From: Macrostomum lignano
Lineage: Eukaryota
Length of the DNA: 38,091 bases
NCBI GenBank assembly: GCA_002269645.1
Contig: NIVC01003674.1
Location: 1 to 38,091, forward strand
Reading direction: 5' to 3'
Below the pieces are notes generated by a model, which saw only the letters and a program-made list of their open reading frames with translations, did not search any database and was not told the origin of the DNA. A program made the translations under genes and the position numbers. Each line of letters begins with the position of its first letter. Position 1 is the stretch's first letter. Below are positions 22,056-38,091 of this stretch, in pieces.

Positions 22056-22697
22056 ATGGGTCAAAATTTGAGCTCCTGGTGTTCCTGCTGCTGCTGGCAG
22101 CTGGACGCATTCGTAGACGATAAAAGCTACGACGCGAGTCCGTCGGTCACCACCAACAATTTTGCAGCGGCTAGCAGTGCGGCAAACACGAGCAACAATG
22201 TCAATAGCAGCTGCAGCGGCGGCAGCGGCGGGGTGAGCGCGAAGAACTGCCAGAAGCCTATTGAAACAGCGCCTGCCATCAGCATTGAACAGCCGCCCAA
22301 GACAATCCGAAGCCGTTCAGTCAAGCCGTCGGTCAACTTCTCGTCGCCATCAGCCGGACGGAGGATCTCTCTCCGGCGCTGCTCCAGCCTCGCAGACAAG
22401 CAGCTGTTCGGCGACCTGCCCGAAGGCGTGTCGCAGCAGGCGGTCTCCGAGATCTTGCTGCTACGCGGCATGGTCCGCTCCGGCCTGCTGCCGCTCCGCT
22501 CTTACATGTCTATAGCGGCCGAGATACTCGAATGCGACCAGCTCAAGATGCTGCAGGAGCAGCAGAACCGGAGGCAACGAGAGAAGGAGTTGAAACTGCA
22601 GCAACTGCGGCAGCAGTACATTCAGCTGCAGCAGAGGAAGGTTCGACCGAAGAGAGAGAAAGCCAAGCCCAGGGCCCGCGATGCTGACAGTTCCTAA
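22056..22697 (+). CDS. Orphan 213-aa protein with predicted N-myristoylation and palmitoylation and a C-terminal coiled coil
   Basis: ATG-initiated single-exon ORF in non-repetitive, GC-rich sequence. MGQNLS fits MGxxxS and is followed by WCSCCCW. S/N/G low-complexity middle, RRCSSL motif, Q/E/R/K-rich C-terminus. No family recognised. Confidence 0.7.
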   Translation: MGQNLSSWCSCCCWQLDAFVDDKSYDASPSVTTNNFAAASSAANTSNNVNSSCSGGSGGVSAKNCQKPIETAPAISIEQPPKTIRSRSVKPSVNFSSPSAGRRISLRRCSSLADKQLFGDLPEGVSQQAVSEILLLRGMVRSGLLPLRSYMSIAAEILECDQLKMLQEQQNRRQREKELKLQQLRQQYIQLQQRKVRPKREKAKPRARDADSS

Positions 22698-22989
22698 TTA
22701 ATGAGTCGGCAACAACTTCTTATTGAATGTTTAGTTTCATAAGTGCGGCCCCCCTTCGGGGCGCCCAATAAGCACGGAGCAAAAATAGTTAATGGAAAAC
22801 AATTAAAAAAGCACATTTTCTTAAACACCAATTCCTTCTTAACTTTTAAAAATCACCTTATTCATGTAAAATTGTCACGGACAATGATATTTGCTATGAA
22901 TCTATTTTTTTCTAAAATTAACAAATATACAACAAAATATAACTTTCACAAAGATAACAGACATTACCCCTAAATAGAAAATATTCCCA

Positions 22990-23320
22990 AGACAGCAAGC
23001 ATCCCTCCAGATAGCAAGCACCCCCTCCAAAAGTAAGCAACCGCAGATAGCAAGCATCCCCTAATACTCGTAGCAAGCATCCACCCAGATAGCGAGCATC
23101 CTGCAGACAGCAAGCATTTCCCAAATATTGTAGAAGCATCCAGCTAGATAGCAAGCATCCCCCAAATATTGTAGAAGCATCCACCCAGACAGCAAGCATC
23201 TCCCAGATAGCAAGCATCCACCCAGACAGCAAGCATCCTGCAGATACCAAGCACCACCCAAATATTGCAGAAGCATCAACCCAGTTAGTAAGAATCCATA
23301 AAAAGCAAACATCCCTAGAT
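22990..23320. repeat. Degenerate repeat with core AGATAGCAAGCATCC
   Basis: The core recurs about every 20-30 nt; it explains ORF 22918-23379. Confidence 0.8.
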
Positions 23321-23344
23321 AGAAAGAATCCCATACATATAGCC

Positions 23345-25030
23345 AAGCTTATCAAGCGCAGTAATCCTTTGTTTGCCAAGCGCAGTAATCATTGGTTTAT
23401 CAAGTGCAGTAATCCTTGGCTTATCAAGTGAAGTAAGTTCTGGTCTATCAAGTGCAGTAATCCTTGGTTTATCAAGTGCAGTAAGTCTTGGTTTATCAAG
23501 TGCAGTAAGTCTTGGTTTATCAAGTGCAGAAATCCTTGGTTTATCAAGTGCAGAAATCCTTGGTTTATAAAGTGCCGTAAGTCTTGGTTTATCCAATGCA
23601 GTAGTCCTTGGTTTATCAAGTGCAATAATCCTTGGTTAATCAAGTGCAGTAATCCTTGGTTTATGAAGTGCAGTAATCCTTGGTTTATCAAGTGCAGTAA
23701 TCCTTGGTTTATCAAGTGCAGAAATCCTTGGCTTATCAAGTGCAGTAATCCTTGGTTTATCAAGTGCAGTAACCCTTTGTTTATCAAGCGCAGTAGTCCT
23801 TGGTTTATCAAGTGCAGTAATCCTTGGCTTATCGAGTGCAATAATCCTTGGCTTATCAAGTGCAATAATCCTTGGTTTATCAAGTGCAATAATCCTTGGT
23901 TTATCAAGCGCAGTAATCTTTGGCTTATCAAGTGCAATAATCCTTGGTTTATCAAGTGCAGTAATCCTTCGCCTATCAAGTGCAATAATCCTTGGTTTAT
24001 CAAGCGCAGTAATCCTTGGCTTATCGAGTGCAATAATCCTTGGCTTAGCAAGTGCAATAATCCTTGGTTTATCGAGTGCAGTAATCCTTGGCTTATCAAG
24101 TGCAGTAATCCTTGGTTTATCAAGTGCAGTAATCCTTGGTTTATCAAGTGCAGTAAGTCTTGGTTAATCTAGTGCAGTAATCCTTGGTTTATCAAGTGCA
24201 GTAACCCTTTGTTTATCAAGCGCAGTAGTCCTTGGTTTATCAAGTGCAGTAATCCTTGGCTTATCGAGTGCAATAATCCTTGGCTTATCAAGTGCAATAA
24301 TCCTTGGTTTATCAAGTGCAATAATCCTTGGTTTATCAAGCGCAGTAATCTTTCGCTTATCGAGTGCAATAATCCTTGGCTTATCAAGTGCAATAATCCT
24401 TGGTTTATCAAGTGCAATAATCCTTGGTTTATCAAGCGCAGTAATCTTTGGCTTATCAAGTGCAATAATCCTTGGTTTATCAAGTGCAGTAATCCTTGGC
24501 CTATCAAGTGCAATAATCCTTGGTTTATCAAGCGCAGTAATCCTTGGCTTATCGAGTGCAATAATCCTTGGCTTAGCAAGTGCAATAATCCTTGGTTTAT
24601 CAAGTGCAGTAATCCTTGGCCTATCAAGTGCAATAATCCTTGGCTTAGCAAGTGCAATAATCCTTGGTTTATCAAGTGCAGTAATCCTTGGCCTATCAAG
24701 TGCAATAATCCTTGGTTTATCAAGCGCAGTAATCCTTGGCTTATCGAGTGCAGTAATCCTTGGCCTATCAAGTGCAATAATCCTTGGTTTATCAAGCGCA
24801 GTAATCCTTGGTTTATCAAGTACAATAATCCTTGGCTTATCAAGTGCAATAATCCTTGGTTTATCAAGTACAATAATCCTTGGTTTATCAAGCGCAGTAA
24901 TCCTTGGCTTATCGAGTGCAATAATCCTTGGCTTATCGAGTGCAATAATCCTTGGCTTATCCAGTGCAATAATCCTTGGCTTATCCAGTGCAATAATCCT
25001 TGGTTTATCAAGTACAATAATCCTTGGCTT
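23345..25030. repeat. 24-bp minisatellite (TTTATCAAGTGCAGTAATCCTTGG)n, about 70 copies
   Basis: Read directly; it produces the LINQGLLH and IKCSNPWF pseudo-ORFs. Confidence 0.97.
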
Positions 25031-25265
25031 CTAATCCATAATCCAGGTCTTTTTAATTAGTTTTTTTAATAAAAGCTTTCAATAAAAAATTTATGCTACT
25101 TTTATTCTTTTATACACTACTAAGATTCGAACCCAGTGTAGAGTGTTCTACCTTTCGTAAAAAAAGACATAAAAGTGTTAACGTACTACTCACACATTTT
25201 ATTCAGTAGTAAGTTGAAGAGCATGAATAAAGGTAGGCTTTGAATTATAAGTATATTCTGACTAA

Positions 25266-25560
25266 CCAATAGAAAAAGAGAGACCTTGAGCATGCTAAAT
25301 TTAGAAATCACCCAATCACGTGTAACCTGTACGGGTCGAACGCAAACCCCAGGAGAGATGCATCATTCAACCGTACGCACGTGACCCAATCAAATGTAAC
25401 TAAAAATAACTCGAATGCGATGACCAATCACGCGCTTTTACACTGAACCAATGGATTAACTTTCTACCCTGCCAAGTTTGACAGCAACCAAACCGTGACC
25501 TTTTTGACAGCTGAAGAGTTGGACCCACGTGACTCATGGGGGTCCATTTGCCTATAAATA
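25266..25560 (+). promoter_or_regulatory. Dense Pol II promoter-like block, possibly the U3 region of an LTR
   Basis: CCAAT at 25266, 25312, 25386, 25424 and 25448; CACGTG at 25317, 25378 and 25526; TGACTCA at 25530; TATAAATA at 25553-25560. Possible PBS TGGCGCAG at 25909 after CA. No downstream ORF. Confidence 0.5.
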
Positions 25561-26886
25561 CAAGTGGTCCGGAACGGACCCGGAGCCACAAAATCTCTGA
25601 GAGAGAAAGCTCCGAAGAGGAAGCTCTGCAGCAGACTTCCTGAAGCAACTCGAAGACGTGGTCGAGTTCTTGCGGTGAGCCTTACTCATTTGCGCCTGTT
25701 GGCTGAGACGTCTCGCTCAAGTCCAAGAGTGACTTGAGTTTATTGTGAGTCGGTTGAAGACTCCTGAGTCTGGTTAGACTCTACTGGTTGCAGTCTCCAG
25801 AAGGACTGCCCCTGATAGATCTTAGAAGACTATCAGTGGTTTCCGGAGCTATACCTAGAGTGCATAGAGGCACTACTAGAAGGAGTAGGCTTATACTAAA
25901 CCGCAGTTTGGCGCAGGGTACCCATTGTTGATTTGGAAGCATCCCATTGGTCCGCACTACAGATACCGGCCGGAAACGACTTCAGTGGAAGTAAAGGAAC
26001 GCGGACCTGGTGACGAACATCGACGTCTAGCGAAGTTCGAGAGTCAAAGGAAATCCGAGAACTACAGAACAAGGAAGAGCTCTCCGAGACAGGACTCAAG
26101 GTAATATATACCTTCATTTGATTACTGGGTTGCCTAGCTATAGAGCTAGAAGTGATTGTTCTTCGATTACCGAAAGTCGGGTAATAAGGAACACATCACC
26201 AGGTTGCTGCATTAGCAGTCCAGTGTGTTCACATCTAGGCTAGCTCTCATTGAAATTGTAAATGAATTTGTAGCACTTATAATTCAACACTCACACCAAG
26301 TCAATAGAGTAAAAGTTACACGAGGCAGTTATGACATAATCAATTTCTTAGGCAAGTCAGTACCAGTGTCTATTAAAGTTAGCAATATGGTTACGCAAGA
26401 TAAATCAAGTATTGTGCTATGCTTCCACACTGCGTTTTCGATACTGTGACGTAATTCAATTCAGTGTCAAAATTCAGCCAGTACAGAGACGATAAATAAA
26501 AGCCTATTGTTATGATGCAATCTATTTCAGAATCAGAATTCAACCAGTCAGTTTTTTCTCTAGCATTCTTACAATGCATTTCAAGTCGAAAGAGCTGCTT
26601 GACCTTTGCAAAAAAGCATGTTTTTCGAATATTTAATCCCTTTAGCATCGAGCAATTTCTTAGCCAAGATGCATGTACCGTCACGGGCAAATTTCTGATC
26701 GAACAGTGCAAGTTCGAAGAAAATCGGTCCAGCCATTCAGGAGAAAATCGATTTAGGATTTAGTATATTTAAGATTAGCTAGTGGCCGTATGCTGTTGAC
26801 TTTTTATAGCTAGAATTGCGTCTAACATGTATGTCTGTTGGTTTGGGGACAAAATAGGAAAACACGTCTCCAAACTATAACACGAG

Positions 26887-27901
26887 CAGGGGCGTCGCCA
26901 TGGATTTTATGGTGGGGGGGAACAAAGCCGAGAATTCTACTGTAGATGTACATGACTAAATTCCTACATGTACATTATTTCTGAATTGGTGTTGTCATCG
27001 GTCATTTTAGCGCTGCAGGCACTCATTTTAGCGCCGCAGGTACTTATTTTGGCGCCGCAGGCACTCATTTAGACGCCGCAGGTACTCATTTAGGCGCCGC
27101 AGGCACTCATTTACGCGCCGCATGCACTCGTTTAGGCGCCGCAGGCACTATTTTAGCGCCGCAGGCACTCATTTTTGCGCCGCAGGTACTTATTTTGGCG
27201 CCGCAGGCACTCATTTTGGCGCCGCAGACACTCATTTAGGCGCCGCAGGCACTCATTTAGGCGCCGCAGGCACTCATTTACGCGCCGCATGCACTCGTTT
27301 AGGCGCCGCAGGCACTATTTTAGCGCCGCAGGCACTCATTTTTGCACCGCAGGTACTTATTTTGGCGCCGCAGGCACTCATTTTGGCGCCGCAGACACTC
27401 ATTTAGGCGCCGCAGGCACTCATTTAGGCACCGCTGGCACTCATTTAGGCGCCGCAGGCACTCATTTAGGCGCCGCAGGCACTCATTTTGACGCCGCGAG
27501 CACTATTAGTTTGGTGCTGCATGCACTCGGAATCTCGGCTTGGCTCTGCTCGTGCAATTAACGGTCTTGAGAGCCAAACCCCCCAAGGCGCAGTGAAGTG
27601 TACATGCCTAACGATAAAATAAATTTAGGGCCGCTGTACACTCCTGTGTGAGTGTGTGCCTGCGTACGTATCCGCGCGCTTGTGTGCCTGCTCAGGGGAG
27701 TCGGCGGAATGGGCAGTAATGCCTCTCGCCGGTTGTGTGCCTATGTCGCTTAAAGTGCGCCAGGGTGCACACAACCCCCCTGCCTCTAATAAAAAAACGG
27801 GTCAACAAGGTGGGGTGGGGGGGACAAAGCATTGTCATGTCCCCCTATAGCTTTTACTGTGGGGACATGCCCCTCTGTCCCCCCCGGTAGCGACGCCCCT
27901 A
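26887..27901 (+). mobile_element. Non-autonomous hAT-like element with TIRs, 8-bp TSD and internal 21-bp minisatellite, copy B
   Basis: Termini CAGGGGCGTCGC ... GCGACGCCCCTA. AACACGAG on both flanks (26879-26886 and 27902-27909); 8-bp TSDs are typical of hAT. Internal (TCATTTTAGCGCCGCAGGCAC)n at about 26998-27500. Confidence 0.88.
27530..27765. repeat. Dispersed about 230-bp repeat, copy 1 (inside the hAT element)
   Basis: ggaatctcggcttggctctgctcgtgcaattaac...atgtcgcttaaagtg is shared in direct orientation with 32425-32636. Confidence 0.85.
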
Positions 27902-28386
27902 AACACGAGGCTGAGTCTGAGTCTAGGAGGCGCCAGGAGTCCTGCGTGTGCACGAGAAGTGCCGTCAGTGCTGGCTTTGAGACAATGTCGAAGAATGCGT
28001 CGCACCAGCTAAGGAACCCTGGCCTCTGTTGTCAGCAGTAACTATTGTACCTTCGTTCCTGTTCACTAATAATATCAACACAATCATACTTTTCAATTTT
28101 TTATTTGCTAAGCGTTTGTACCAATTTATGTAGCTCAAAGTTTATTACAAAGCATCTTGGATATATTTGAGCGAAGCAAACATGCAATAAGGTCATTCTA
28201 CGAGCGTACGTTAGAAGCAAAGTGGCTCTTCATCCGAAACCATGATTGTGTCAGCGTTTTTTGCTAGTTTGTGATTGTGCGCGGATACTTTGAAAAAATA
28301 AAAAGGGAACATCGATTGGGTTCTTTTACAAGGTTTGCGATTTTGTTTGCAGTTCTGAAACATTAAAAAACAATACTACCGTGTAT

Positions 28387-28676
28387 TGTCTGTCTGTCTG
28401 TCTTAGTGTCTGTCGGTCTTAGTGTCTGTCTGTCTTAGTGTCTGTTGGTCTTAGTGTCTGTTGGTCTTAGTGTCTGTCTGTCTTAGTGTCTGTTGGTCTT
28501 AGTGTCTGTCTGTCTTAGTGTCTGTCTGTCTGTCTGTCTGTCTGTCTTAGTGTCTTAGTGTCTGTCTGTCTTAGTGTCTGTCTGTCTTAGTGTCTGTCTG
28601 TCTTAGTGTCTATCTTTCTTAGTGTCTGTTGGTCTTAGTGTCTGTCTTAGTGTCTGTCTGTCTGTCTGTCTGTCTC
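28387..28676. repeat. (TGTC)n / TCTTAG compound repeat just downstream of the NCKX stop
   Basis: Read directly. Confidence 0.93.
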
Positions 28677-28697
28677 AAGCAAAAGCAAGCAGATCAT

Positions 28698-38091
<9,394 letters not shown>

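Noticed and set aside
23389-25060. LINQGLLH and IKCSNPWF repeat ORFs (LRR-like appearance)
   Set aside because: A 24-bp minisatellite open on both strands, with no unique flanking coding sequence.

Overview
Eukaryotic (animal) genomic DNA, not prokaryotic: spliced genes with GT-AG introns, SINE/LINE/DNA-transposon debris and dense minisatellites. The style suggests a free-living flatworm such as Macrostomum (inference only). Genes I could assemble by hand: the 5' exons of EB1/MAPRE (-); a five-exon caspase with an ankyrin-repeat prodomain and intact SHG/QACRG dyad (+, 5626-9439); a two-exon signal-peptide/KKR/6-Cys prepropeptide that the ORF track misses (-, 11843-12190); an intronless cholinesterase-like membrane protein with the catalytic Ser replaced by Asp (+, 14156-16071); a beta-microseminoprotein-like secreted protein (+, 20029-20448); an orphan with myristoylation/palmitoylation signals (+, 22056-22697); and most of a K+-dependent Na+/Ca2+ exchanger (SLC24/NCKX, -, 28698->38091) in which most introns carry their own tandem repeat. 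Three genes show single-base deletions in homopolymer runs, so assembly error must be excluded before calling pseudogenes. The long ORFs at 23-25 kb and 33-37 kb are repeat artefacts. The best candidates for new biology are the ankyrin-caspase and the neighbouring small secreted Cys-rich genes. No database search could be run, so novelty is unverified.
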